A stretch of 64,000 nucleotides of DNA from assembly GCA_963820825.1 (NCBI GenBank), contig CAWGBN010000006.1:576001-640000 (forward strand), given 5' to 3'. The notes under the pieces were generated by a model. It ran no database searches. It saw only the letters and a list, made by a program, of their open reading frames with translations, and was not told where the DNA came from. The position numbers and the translations under genes are program-made. The stretch's first letter is position 1. Each line of letters starts with the position of its first letter. This document shows positions 9,137 through 18,438 of the stretch, one piece after another. Source of the stretch: Vulcanimicrobiota bacterium (GTDB taxonomy: Bacteria; Vulcanimicrobiota; Vulcanimicrobiia; Vulcanimicrobiales; Vulcanimicrobiaceae).

Positions 9137-10144
9137 GTGACCGGCGTTTCTCGTTCGCTCCTCGCATTGGTAATCGCGGCGGCCGCGGCCGCGGCCGTGG
9201 TCGCGCACGGGACGATCGACGTTATCGCCGATTTTTTGGTCGCGCACGCAAGCTACGACGACGTTTCCAGCCACGACTCGCGCGGGCTGGTCGTTACGAT
9301 CGCCGCTCTGTTCGCCGGTGTCGTTGCCTTGCATGGCCTGCGGCTCTGCTGCGACGTGGCGGCCAATCGAACGCTTGCGTCGATGCGGGCGCCGAGCTGG
9401 CGGAGCGCACCCTTCTTCGTCGGTGCGACGATGCTGCTCGCATCGGTGATCGTCCCTTTGATGGAGGTATTCGACTCGCGATTGGCCGGTACGACGGTGA
9501 CGGACCTCGACGACGCGTTCGGCGGATCCGTGCTCCTCGGCCTGGTCACGACGCTCGCATGCGCAGCCGTCACCGCGATCGCAGTGTTCGCATTGGCGCG
9601 CTGGATTCTCTCGCATCGAGAGCGTATCATAGCCGCGATCGCCGGGATTACTCGCTCCCGTTCGCAAGCGCTTACCGGCCTTCGGCGCTCGCGCACCCTC
9701 GCCGATGCTCCAATCTGCCCGCGCAGGCTTTCCGCACTGCGGCGCGGTAAGCGCGCCCCTCCCCGTCAAGCCCTTCGCCACCCACAAACACTCGATACAC
9801 ATTGCGAGGGCAGATATGCTTCCTATGCTTATTGCGGCGTGCTGCATGATCGGCGGCACGGTCCAGACGCCCGGCGGCGCGCCGATTGCTCACGCGCAGC
9901 TCTCGCTGCGCGGTCCGGCCACCACCCAGACGACGACCGACGACAAAGGCGAGTTCTCGGTTCAGATTCCTCCGGGGCGATACGATCTCGCCGTCGTCGC
10001 GCGCGGATACTTGACGGTGACCGTCAACACCGGCGAGGTCACCGACGGTTCGCGAATCCGGGTCGTGCTCGAGCCGAGCGATACGCCGAAGCTGCGTACC
10101 ATCGGACAAGTCACGGTGAACGGCGGATTTACGCTCGATCGTAA
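9137..10144 (+). CDS. Membrane leader protein with RAPP motif (real coding part probably 9137-~9770)
   Basis: About four hydrophobic segments with His/Cys residues, then RRGKRAPP at 9740-9763; the frame runs on into the receptor gene. Confidence 0.6.
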   Translation: MTGVSRSLLALVIAAAAAAAVVAHGTIDVIADFLVAHASYDDVSSHDSRGLVVTIAALFAGVVALHGLRLCCDVAANRTLASMRAPSWRSAPFFVGATMLLASVIVPLMEVFDSRLAGTTVTDLDDAFGGSVLLGLVTTLACAAVTAIAVFALARWILSHRERIIAAIAGITRSRSQALTGLRRSRTLADAPICPRRLSALRRGKRAPPRQALRHPQTLDTHCEGRYASYAYCGVLHDRRHGPDARRRADCSRAALAARSGHHPDDDRRQRRVLGSDSSGAIRSRRRRARILDGDRQHRRGHRRFANPGRARAERYAEAAYHRTSHGERRIYARS

Positions 10145-12248
10145 CGTGATCCCGGAGATGGACGTCTCACGCGCGCAGATGGATGCGCTCGGATACACGC
10201 AAGTGCTCGAGGCACTCCAGCAAGTGCCGTCGGTGGTCATTCAGCGGCCCGATGCGGGTGCGCCGACGACGCCCGCGGTCGTCTCGCTGCGTGGGCCCGA
10301 TCCGTCGGAGGCAATGGTCACGCTCGACGGCCAGCAGCTCAACGACGGAAATACCGGCGATATCGATCTCTCGCAGTTTGCGGTGCCGGCATTCAATAGC
10401 GTCAACGTCACCGAGGGTCTCGGGCCAACCGACTTGGAGGGAAGCAATACGTTCGGCGGCGCGGTCAACTTCGTCTCGCTGCGTCCGACGCAAGAGGATC
10501 ACTTCAGCTTATCCACCTCGGCGGGCTCCTACGGAGCGACCCAGACTTGGCTCAACGCGACCGGCGCGATCGGAAAGCTCGGCTACGCCATCGCCGGCGA
10601 CAACTTCCAGCAGATCGGCCAAGTAAACGAGTACGATTGGATCGTTCCTTCGAACAATTTGCCGACCTACTGCGGCCCGCAGACCAAGACGAAGACGCCG
10701 AACTGTCCCTTCCAAGCGCACCTCGGTTCGACGATTTCGGCGCGACTGGGACTCGTCAACCTCGATTACAATTTCTCCCAGCGCTCGGACGTCGGTTTTC
10801 GCGTCTTCACGCTCGGGGACAATCGCGACGAATCGAGCGCATTGAACGGAATCGCCGGGAATCCGACCTGCGTCTTTAGCGGACCGGGGCCGGGCTGCGC
10901 CTTCGGACCGTCGGGATCGGGGTCGCAGAACGAGGTGGCAAATCCCGCCTACGGCGACCACATCGGCCAGGGCAGCGCGAACTTCGCGCAGAGCATCCGC
11001 GCCTACGACGGCTACTCGCGAACGCCGTTGGGCTCCGGCATTCTTCTAGCCGACTTTTTTGCGACCGACAACAACATCGATTTCCAAGGCGGTGCGATTT
11101 CGCCGTACGACGTCTCGCACGTCGACACGCGCTACAGCGAGGGACTTTCGTGGGGCAGGACGTTCGATGGAGGCGAGTTCGCATTCGGCGGATATCTGCG
11201 CCAAGAGTCGCTCGCCGGGCTGGGCATCACCGAGACGCTCGGGCAGGGCATTCAATCGTACTTCTTCCGCGGCGCTCAACAGTTCGGAAACGTCAGGCTC
11301 TCCGGCGGACTCTACGATTCGCAGTACTCGACCTTCGGCAACACGCTGAACTGGCGGTTGGGATTGAGCGACGATCTCGGCTCCTCGAGCGTGGTGCGCT
11401 TCTCGGCCGGGACCGGCTTTCGGGCGCCGTTGCTCGCCGAACGCTACTTCTTCCCGCCCGTTACCGTAAACGGAAAGACCCAGCCGAATCCCGCGCTCGG
11501 GCCGCCCGATCAGAACTGCGTCGTTCCCAACGGAAATCCCGACGAACTGCCGGAGCACGCGACCGAGTACGAGCTCAGCTTCTCGCATCTCTTCTCGAGC
11601 CGTTCGAGTCTCGACGTGTCGATCTATCGCTCGAACCTGCGCGATACGATCGAGAACTATTACCCGGGCGGCGGCGCGCAGAGCTTCTGCGGAACCGCGC
11701 TCGGCTTTGCTTACGAGATTCCGATCAACATCGGCAACGCCGTCTACGAAGGCGCCGAAGCGCGATACAAGCAGACGTTTCCGAGCTTGAACCTCACGAC
11801 GACGCTCTCGTACGGGCTCAACGTCGCCTATCCGTACGCGCTCGGCCCGTGGGTGTCCAACCCCACGTCGGGCGGCACGCTCGTCGACAACCAGCAGTTC
11901 CTCGGCGTACCGCAACAGCAAGGTTCGGCCGTCTTCACCTGGGCGGAGAACGGCTGGCACGCATCCACCGCGTTTACGTTTGCGGGTAGAAATAACACGC
12001 TCTCGCAGCCGCCCTATACGCTCATCGACGGCGCCATCGGCAGGAACTTCGGCCGGCTCGACTTCACGATCGCGGCGACGAACATCTTTAACGCCGCCTC
12101 GGGTCCGTTCACGCTCTACGATGCCGGAGTTCCCTATCGCGGGCTCTACTCCGGCCCGAACAACACGTCGTACCTGGCCAATACGCCGACCGACGCGCTC
12201 TTCATCGAGCCGGCTTCGGTCAAGTTCATCGTAACCTTCCACCAGTGA
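9816..12248 (+). CDS. TonB-dependent receptor with N-terminal carboxypeptidase-regulatory-like domain
   Basis: TTTDDKGEF..PPGRY domain, plug motif SLRG..GGAVNF, GTGFRAP, ATNIFN; SD GAGGG before ATG 9816. Confidence 0.88.
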   Translation: MLPMLIAACCMIGGTVQTPGGAPIAHAQLSLRGPATTQTTTDDKGEFSVQIPPGRYDLAVVARGYLTVTVNTGEVTDGSRIRVVLEPSDTPKLRTIGQVTVNGGFTLDRNVIPEMDVSRAQMDALGYTQVLEALQQVPSVVIQRPDAGAPTTPAVVSLRGPDPSEAMVTLDGQQLNDGNTGDIDLSQFAVPAFNSVNVTEGLGPTDLEGSNTFGGAVNFVSLRPTQEDHFSLSTSAGSYGATQTWLNATGAIGKLGYAIAGDNFQQIGQVNEYDWIVPSNNLPTYCGPQTKTKTPNCPFQAHLGSTISARLGLVNLDYNFSQRSDVGFRVFTLGDNRDESSALNGIAGNPTCVFSGPGPGCAFGPSGSGSQNEVANPAYGDHIGQGSANFAQSIRAYDGYSRTPLGSGILLADFFATDNNIDFQGGAISPYDVSHVDTRYSEGLSWGRTFDGGEFAFGGYLRQESLAGLGITETLGQGIQSYFFRGAQQFGNVRLSGGLYDSQYSTFGNTLNWRLGLSDDLGSSSVVRFSAGTGFRAPLLAERYFFPPVTVNGKTQPNPALGPPDQNCVVPNGNPDELPEHATEYELSFSHLFSSRSSLDVSIYRSNLRDTIENYYPGGGAQSFCGTALGFAYEIPINIGNAVYEGAEARYKQTFPSLNLTTTLSYGLNVAYPYALGPWVSNPTSGGTLVDNQQFLGVPQQQGSAVFTWAENGWHASTAFTFAGRNNTLSQPPYTLIDGAIGRNFGRLDFTIAATNIFNAASGPFTLYDAGVPYRGLYSGPNNTSYLANTPTDALFIEPASVKFIVTFHQ

Positions 12249-13258
12249 CGGAGGTGATGCGGGCCCTTCGTCTCCACGAGATCGGCGGCCCCGCAAACCT
12301 TCGCGTCGATGCGGTCGGCATTCCCGAGATTCGCGCCGACGAAGCGCTGGTGCGGGTGCGGGCAGCCGCGCTCAATCGCCGCGATCTCTTCATCACGCAA
12401 GGGCTATATCCGAAGATCCGCCTGCCGGTCACCCTTGGATCCGACGGCGCGGGTGAAGTCGCCGCGCTCGGCTCGGTCGTCGCCGATCTCGAAGTCGGCG
12501 ACGAGGTCGTGATCGATCCGATGCTGGGGTGGGGCGACGACCCGCGCGTCTGGGATGCGGGCAACGCGACGATTCTCGGCATGCCGCGCGAGGGAACCTT
12601 TGCTCAGTACGTCGCGGTGCCGCTCGACAACGTCTATCGTAAGCCGAAGCCGCTCTCGATGGAGGAGGCCGCGGCTATACCGCTCGCCGGCTTGACGGCG
12701 TACCGCGCGCTCTTCACCCGCGGCGCGGTGAAGCCGGGGGAGACGGTGCTCGTCACCGGTGTCGGCGGCGGCGTTCAGACCTTCGTGCTGCTCTTCGCCA
12801 AGCACGCAGGCGCACGCGCGATCGTTACCTCGAGCAGCGATGCAAAACTCGAGCGCGCGCGCGCACTCGGGGCCGACCTCGCGATCAACTATGCGACGAA
12901 CCCTGAGTGGACGACGCTGCTGCGCTCGACCGGACCGGTCGACCTCGTCGTCGACTCGTCGGGCGGCGAGACGTTACGCAAGGCGCTCGACATCGTACGT
13001 CCCGGCGGACGGATCGTCGTCTACGGCGGCACGAACGGCGACGCCACGATCAAACCCTTTCCGCTCTTCTGGAAACACGTAACGATCCTCGGCACGTCGA
13101 TGGGGAGTCCGCAAGACTTCGCCGCGATGCTCGAGCTATTCGAGGATGGGCTGCGGCCGGCCGTCGACCACGTCTTTGCGCTCGACGATTCCGTTGCCGC
13201 GTTCGAGCGTTTGGCCGCGGCGGATCAGTTCGGGAAGATCGTCGTTCGGACCGGCTAG
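12245..13258 (+). CDS. Zinc-binding dehydrogenase/NADPH:quinone oxidoreductase (MDR family)
   Basis: AAALNRRD, LGSDGAGEV, VLVTGVGGGV, QFGKIVV. Confidence 0.88.
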   Translation: MTEVMRALRLHEIGGPANLRVDAVGIPEIRADEALVRVRAAALNRRDLFITQGLYPKIRLPVTLGSDGAGEVAALGSVVADLEVGDEVVIDPMLGWGDDPRVWDAGNATILGMPREGTFAQYVAVPLDNVYRKPKPLSMEEAAAIPLAGLTAYRALFTRGAVKPGETVLVTGVGGGVQTFVLLFAKHAGARAIVTSSSDAKLERARALGADLAINYATNPEWTTLLRSTGPVDLVVDSSGGETLRKALDIVRPGGRIVVYGGTNGDATIKPFPLFWKHVTILGTSMGSPQDFAAMLELFEDGLRPAVDHVFALDDSVAAFERLAAADQFGKIVVRTG

Positions 13259-13866
13259 CGCTCCGGTTTGCCGTCGCAGCTTCCGTCGGGCGGCGGCGCG
13301 TCGCGATAGATCGGCCCGGCGTGCGCGACCGGCATTCCGTCGCGCGGCCAAAGCACGACCGGCACTGCGCCCCCCGGCGTCAGCTTTCGTTCGCACGCGA
13401 TTACCGCGTGCGATTTCGACTTCGCCGTCCCGCCGATCCAGAGATCGAACCAGAGCTTGTGACAACCTTGGCTGCCGCTGCCGCTCTTAGGCCCCGACGC
13501 GGCGCAGAGATCCTCGCGAATGAAGTACTGCTTGATGAACGGCACGTAGATCTTGGTGCCATAGGGAATCGTCTTACTGTTCGCGCGTTCCGTTGCAAAG
13601 GTCGTCGGATTGCAGTACGTGCCGTCCCCGCCTGCGCGCCGGTGAATCACCGGGTGGGCGATTTGATCTCCCGGCGGCGAGTTGTCGGGCCAGCCGTAAA
13701 AGGTAATCGTCGCGCGAACGCGCGCCGGATCTTGCTTCACGACGTAGCATGACTGCGGTCGTACCGCAGTGGAGTGCGAGGTAGGAGGCGCCGGGTTCGT
13801 TATCGCTTGCGGTCCGCACGCCGCAAGCGATACGATGCCGAGCAGAGCCGCGAGCCGGCCGTTCAT
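13255..13866 (-). CDS. Cys-rich lipoprotein, possibly 3D/double-psi-barrel domain
   Basis: Lipobox LAAC; TFYG, IPYGTKIYV, EDLC and FDLWI resemble 3D-domain spacing. Confidence 0.5.
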   Translation of the reverse strand: MNGRLAALLGIVSLAACGPQAITNPAPPTSHSTAVRPQSCYVVKQDPARVRATITFYGWPDNSPPGDQIAHPVIHRRAGGDGTYCNPTTFATERANSKTIPYGTKIYVPFIKQYFIREDLCAASGPKSGSGSQGCHKLWFDLWIGGTAKSKSHAVIACERKLTPGGAVPVVLWPRDGMPVAHAGPIYRDAPPPDGSCDGKPER

Positions 13867-14771
13867 AACGAGTATGAGTTCAGCGACTCCAGCCGCAGTT
13901 CCGTTCCGAGCTCGGCGACGATGAAGGCGGCCTCGTCGGGTCCGACCATCTCCTCGATGCGCGGGTTGAGGATCGTCGCTTCGTCGGCGGTCATCGCCCG
14001 GTCGAGCGGCCGCGAGACGACGCGACCCTCGTTCTCGAGTGCGATAAGGTGCGCGAGAATCTGACGCGCCATCGCGGGCCAGAGCACCTGGCGCTGCGGC
14101 GAGTAGATGCGCTTCACGAGATCGGGAATCGTCAAGGCTCCGTCACGCAGCGCGTCGAGAATCTGCTGCTCGCGCATCTGGCGGTGTTCGATGTACTCCT
14201 CGATCTTGGCCGCGGGATCGGTGACGGCCGGTCCGTGTCCGCCGTAAATAGTGCGCGCTTCGCCGAACTCGTCGGCGAGGCGCCGCAGGGTCTGTTGATA
14301 GGGGCGCATCGCACCACCGGGCGGAGCGATTACCGTCGTGCCTTCACCGAGAATCGTATCGCCGGTGAAGAGCGCGCCTTCGTCACGCAGATAGAAAATC
14401 GCGTGGTCGAACGTATGTCCTGGCGCGTCGATCGTGCGCAGCGCCAGGTCGCCGGCGCGCAGATCGCCTTCGAGCGGAAGATCCGCGTCGTGCGGAATCT
14501 TACTCTTTGGGTGCGCGTAGAGCACCGCTTGCGTTGCGGCGATCAGTTTCGGCGCGCCGAGCCAGTGATCGGGATGGCCGTGCGTGATCGCGATCGTGCG
14601 GATCGCCAAGCCGCGACCCGAGGCGGCTTGCACGATCGCATCGATGTGGGCGTCGATCGGGGGCCCGGGATCGATCACCAGCGCTTCGCCGTTTCCGCAA
14701 TCGAGCACGTAGGCATTCGTGCCTTGCAGCGTCATCGCCGATGCATTGGGGGCGCGAACCGGCGTTACCAT
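13863..14771 (-). CDS. MBL-fold metallo-hydrolase (LACTB2-like)
   Basis: GTNAY, VIDPG, THGHPDH, PGHTFDH, FTGD, GHG. Confidence 0.88.
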   Translation of the reverse strand: MVTPVRAPNASAMTLQGTNAYVLDCGNGEALVIDPGPPIDAHIDAIVQAASGRGLAIRTIAITHGHPDHWLGAPKLIAATQAVLYAHPKSKIPHDADLPLEGDLRAGDLALRTIDAPGHTFDHAIFYLRDEGALFTGDTILGEGTTVIAPPGGAMRPYQQTLRRLADEFGEARTIYGGHGPAVTDPAAKIEEYIEHRQMREQQILDALRDGALTIPDLVKRIYSPQRQVLWPAMARQILAHLIALENEGRVVSRPLDRAMTADEATILNPRIEEMVGPDEAAFIVAELGTELRLESLNSYSL

Positions 14772-15565
14772 GCGTTCTCGAGTGCCGCCGGTATCGCGAA
14801 GTCGTCGCCCGCATCGGCCGGGACGATCGTCAGCACGGGTTTGCTGCGCGCGAACTCGAGCGCCGCATCGACCGAGTCGAAGGCGGCGAGGCGCGCGAGA
14901 TGTTTGATCGTCGGATAGACGAGGTGCATCGTCCCGGCGCGCCCGCGATCGAGTGCCGCGGCCGGTGAGATCCAGATGCCGTCGTGCGTTTCGAATGCGT
15001 CCGCAAGCGGATCCTGGCCCGGCGGCGCGACGGCGAAGAAGAAGTGCGTGTTGTAGCGCCGCGGTTCGCTCGGCGGCGTGATCCAATGCGAGAAGAGCGA
15101 GAGCGCCTCGGCGTCGGCGTACCAATCGTGCGCCGTAAGAAAGTCGGCGAAGGCAAGCCTCTCGTCGCGCACCGCGACGCGCTCGCCGGCCGCGCGCTCC
15201 CACTCGTCGCCGGATGCGTCGATCGGCAACCCGCCGGTTGTACGTGCCAAGAGCACGCCGGTCTCTTCGAAGAGCTCGCGCAGCGCGGCGACGGTCAGGG
15301 CCCGCGCCGACTCGCGATCGACCGGCGGCTCGTCGCAGGCCAGCGCTTCGGGAAGTGCGGCGCGAAACTCGCGGTCGAGACGGTCAGCTTGCAGCCCGAG
15401 CGTGCGCGCGCGTACCGCCTCGGAGCGATCCTGGTCGGCGATGGTACCGCCGGGAAAGACGAATGCGTCCGGCGCGAAGGCGCTGCTCGCGCTGCGACGC
15501 GTCAGATAGACTTCAAATGGCGGCCGCGCCAAGATCACCGTCGCCGCCAACCGCACCCTGCTCAC
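14765..15565 (-). CDS. NUDIX hydrolase (NUDT19-like)
   Basis: VFPGG..AALRELFEETG Nudix box; WITP..RRYNTHFF. Confidence 0.85.
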   Translation of the reverse strand: MSRVRLAATVILARPPFEVYLTRRSASSAFAPDAFVFPGGTIADQDRSEAVRARTLGLQADRLDREFRAALPEALACDEPPVDRESARALTVAALRELFEETGVLLARTTGGLPIDASGDEWERAAGERVAVRDERLAFADFLTAHDWYADAEALSLFSHWITPPSEPRRYNTHFFFAVAPPGQDPLADAFETHDGIWISPAAALDRGRAGTMHLVYPTIKHLARLAAFDSVDAALEFARSKPVLTIVPADAGDDFAIPAALENAW

Positions 15566-15606
15566 GAACGGCTAGTCTGCCCGCGCGGCCCGGCGAATAC
15601 CTTTCC

Positions 15607-16041
15607 ATGCGAATAGCGCTCGGCAGCGACATGGCGGGAGAGCTCCCGGAGGCAATCGACTTATGGTTGCGCGCGCACGGCCACGAGGTGGCGCGGTTCG
15701 GCGCGCTCGCGCCGGGCGAAGAAGAGGCATGGCCCTCGGTCGGCCGTGCGGTCGCGCAATCCGTCGCCCGCGGTGAGTCGGAGTACGGCGTGCTCTGCTG
15801 TTGGACCGGCACCGGCGTGAGCATCGCCGCAAACAAGGTTACCGGCGCTCGAGCCGCGCTCTGCGCCGACGCCGCGACCGCGGGCGGCGCGCGCGAATGG
15901 AACGACGCGAACCTGCTCTGTATGAGCCTGCGAGCGACCTCGATTCCCGTAGCCCAAGAGATGCTCGAAGCCTGGTTCGCCGGCACGCCGACGCGCGACC
16001 CGGCCTACCGCGCAATGATCGACGCCGTCCGCAACAGCTAG
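15607..16041 (+). CDS. RpiB/LacA/LacB family sugar-phosphate isomerase (variant)
   Basis: MRIALGSD, CCWTGTGVSIAANKV.GARAA, WNDANLLC. Confidence 0.82.
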   Translation: MRIALGSDMAGELPEAIDLWLRAHGHEVARFGALAPGEEEAWPSVGRAVAQSVARGESEYGVLCCWTGTGVSIAANKVTGARAALCADAATAGGAREWNDANLLCMSLRATSIPVAQEMLEAWFAGTPTRDPAYRAMIDAVRNS

Positions 16042-16045
16042 AGCG

Positions 16046-16084
16046 AAAGAAAAAGCAGAGGGGCGGGGCACTCGCCCCACCCCC
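16046..16084 (-). terminator. Intrinsic terminator
   Basis: GGGGCGGGGC-ACTC-GCCCCACCCC hairpin preceded by an A-tract on + (U-tract on -). Confidence 0.7.
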
Positions 16085-16178
16085 AGAATCTGCCGTTCAC
16101 CGGAGCGTAGAACTCACGCTACGAATCCGGCCCTCTCTCTCGGCGGTCGCGACGACGAGTCGCCGTCCAAACCCGAGA
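16046..16178 (-). ncRNA. Candidate unannotated small RNA
   Basis: Minus-strand TTGAAT-N18-TAGAAT promoter with extended TG, three hairpins, and a GC stem plus U-tract terminator. Confidence 0.4.
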
Positions 16179-16195
16179 GGCCGATTCTAACAAAA

Positions 16196-16600
16196 TCAGG
16201 TGCCCCGATTCAATACGTCTGGAAGAAATAACCAACCGCCGAGAAGGAGCAAGCACCAGTTTATTGCGTGCGAGGTCCAGCAGAACGGGCACGCCCGGCG
16301 GGTCACGAAGATCAGCGAGTAGCCCAGATAGAGCGATGACGCCGCCGCCAAGAGCATCGCTGCCAGGAAAACGAGCTCGGCGGCCGCTCCGCGTACGAGC
16401 CAGACTGCGACGGCGACGGCCGGATAGTAGATCGTTCCGACCATCGAGTTAGGAAGACCGAAAAGGTGCGCCCTGGGCGTTTTTACCACGCTGGGACCTT
16501 CAATCTCGCCTCGTGCAGCTCGCCGGCTCTTATTCAGCATGAAAAGCGAGGCGTAGAGCCCAACTCCGCACAATAACGTGATGATCCCCTTGACAACCAC
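16196..16600 (-). CDS. Vitamin K epoxide reductase (VKOR) family protein
   Basis: Four TM segments, LFGLPNS.VG..YY, CPFC..SHAIN. Confidence 0.8.
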   Translation of the reverse strand: MVVKGIITLLCGVGLYASLFMLNKSRRAARGEIEGPSVVKTPRAHLFGLPNSMVGTIYYPAVAVAVWLVRGAAAELVFLAAMLLAAASSLYLGYSLIFVTRRACPFCWTSHAINWCLLLLGGWLFLPDVLNRGT

Positions 16601-16603
16601 CGC

Positions 16604-17254
16604 TTGAATCGCCTCCTTCGCAAGGGTGCGGCCCTCGCGCTGCTCGCCGCTTCGTTTTTGCTGGCATATCTGGTCATCCGCGATCAACCGCGCGTTGCGC
16701 ACGAGATTCGGACGATCGGCCCCTTCGCCTACCCGCTCGCCGTTGCAGTCTTTGTGGTGGTCGCCTCGGCGCCGTTTTCGGTGACCGACGCGCTCGCGAT
16801 CATGAACGGCGCGATCTTCGGCCCGGTCAAGGGAACCCTCGTCGACATCTTCGGTCTCATCGGAGCGGCGCTGCTGGGATATTGGATCAATCGTCACGCG
16901 ACGCGCCTTTGGCGTCTCGAAGAGTACTTGCACCGGCTCCCCGCCTGGGTCAAGCGCTTCCCGGTCGGCTCGCCCGCGTTCTTGCTCGCAGTGCGCGTCA
17001 TTCCCGGTTTCGGCGGAACGGTCGCCACCGCGAGCGCGGCCGCGTTTCGCGTCCCCGTCTGGGTACACGTTTGGACGATGTGCGCGATCGCCATTCCCAT
17101 CTGTGCCCTGCTGACGATCTTCGGCGACCGGGTTACGGTTGCGCTGCACGGATACGAGGCGCGCGCGCGGCACTACGCTCGCCATTACTGCGAAACGCAC
17201 CGCTGCCCGCACTTTCACTTCCGCCGTTTCGAAACGGCCTCGCCGGCGCCGTGA
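16604..17254 (+). CDS. DedA/VTT (TVP38/TMEM64) family membrane protein
   Basis: GAIFGPVKG, GAALLGYWI, RVIPG; TTG start uncertain. Confidence 0.75.
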   Translation: MNRLLRKGAALALLAASFLLAYLVIRDQPRVAHEIRTIGPFAYPLAVAVFVVVASAPFSVTDALAIMNGAIFGPVKGTLVDIFGLIGAALLGYWINRHATRLWRLEEYLHRLPAWVKRFPVGSPAFLLAVRVIPGFGGTVATASAAAFRVPVWVHVWTMCAIAIPICALLTIFGDRVTVALHGYEARARHYARHYCETHRCPHFHFRRFETASPAP

Positions 17255-18438
17255 CGACGCCGCAGATCGTTACCGAGACGAGCGGCTTCGAGCGGCTCTG
17301 CAAGCGCGTAAGCGAGGCGGAACGCGTCGGGATCGATACGGAGTTTCACGCCGAGCGAACCTACTCGCCACGGCTCATGGTGGTGCAGCTTGCCTTCGAC
17401 GACGGCGCCGCAATCGTCGACGCGCTCGCGCTCTCCAATCTGCGCCCGCTCGCGCTCGCGCTGACGCATACGACGGTGGTCGGCCACGCGCTCTCGGCCG
17501 ACTTGAAAATTCTCGCGGATCGATTCGATCTCGTGGCGCCGCGCGTCTTCGACACGCAGATCGCCGCGGCGTTTCTCGGCTACGGCATGCAGGTTTCGCT
17601 CGCCGACTTGGTGCGCGGCGTATGCGGCGTGCGGCTCGCAAAATCGCAGACGGTCAGCGATTGGTCGGCGCGCCCGCTCTCCGACCGTCAGATCGAGTAT
17701 CTCGTCGGCGACGTCGCCTACCTCTTGCCGCTCTACGATGCGTTGCGTGCGCGCCTGGAGGAGAACGGGCGCTACGAGTGGGTCTACGAGGAGTGCGCCG
17801 AGCTGGGCGATATCGAACGCTATCGCACCGACGAGCGGCGTGCCTATCTACGAATTCCGGGCGCGACGCGCATGAGCCGCCGCGAGCTCGGCATCCTCAA
17901 CGAGTTGGTGAAGCTGCGCGATGGAATTGCGCGCGATCGCGATATTCCGGTTCGGTACGTGCTGCCCGACGACGTCGTTGCCGGTCTAACGACACTCAAG
18001 CCTACGTCGATCGAGGAGCTCGGCCAACTCCGGCGGCTCGATGCCGGGATGAAACGTCAGCTCGGCAACGCGATTCTGCAAGCCGTTGCGCGGGGGCAGG
18101 CGCTCGACGAAGCCGATCTCCCGCAACGTCCGTCGCGGCCGGCCGCGCCCGCGCGCGACGCGCTCGTTTCGCTGCTCGGCGCGGCGGTTGCGGAGATCGC
18201 GCGGGACGCCAGCCTGCCGCCGAGTCTGCTCGTACCGCGCGCGGCGATCGAGCGCCTCGCGCGCGAGGTGCCGCAAGACCGAACCGCTTTCGAGCGCGTA
18301 CTCGCGCTGCAACCCTGGCGCCTATCGCTGGTCGCCGATCCGCTCTGGCGTCTGCTCACCGGCGGGGCATCGCTCAAGATCGAAGGCTACGCGCACGGCG
18401 ACCCAAAAGTACGGCTATCCGATGAATCACCCCAATAG
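17251..18438 (+). CDS. rnd: Ribonuclease D
   Basis: [32 protein letters not shown] domain. Confidence 0.9.
   Translation: MTTPQIVTETSGFERLCKRVSEAERVGIDTEFHAERTYSPRLMVVQLAFDDGAAIVDALALSNLRPLALALTHTTVVGHALSADLKILADRFDLVAPRVFDTQIAAAFLGYGMQVSLADLVRGVCGVRLAKSQTVSDWSARPLSDRQIEYLVGDVAYLLPLYDALRARLEENGRYEWVYEECAELGDIERYRTDERRAYLRIPGATRMSRRELGILNELVKLRDGIARDRDIPVRYVLPDDVVAGLTTLKPTSIEELGQLRRLDAGMKRQLGNAILQAVARGQALDEADLPQRPSRPAAPARDALVSLLGAAVAEIARDASLPPSLLVPRAAIERLAREVPQDRTAFERVLALQPWRLSLVADPLWRLLTGGASLKIEGYAHGDPKVRLSDESPQ

Noticed and set aside
16042..16195. SRP, 6S or tRNA identity for the structured intergenic region
   Set aside because: No SRP GGAA domain motif, cloverleaf or long 6S rod with central bubble
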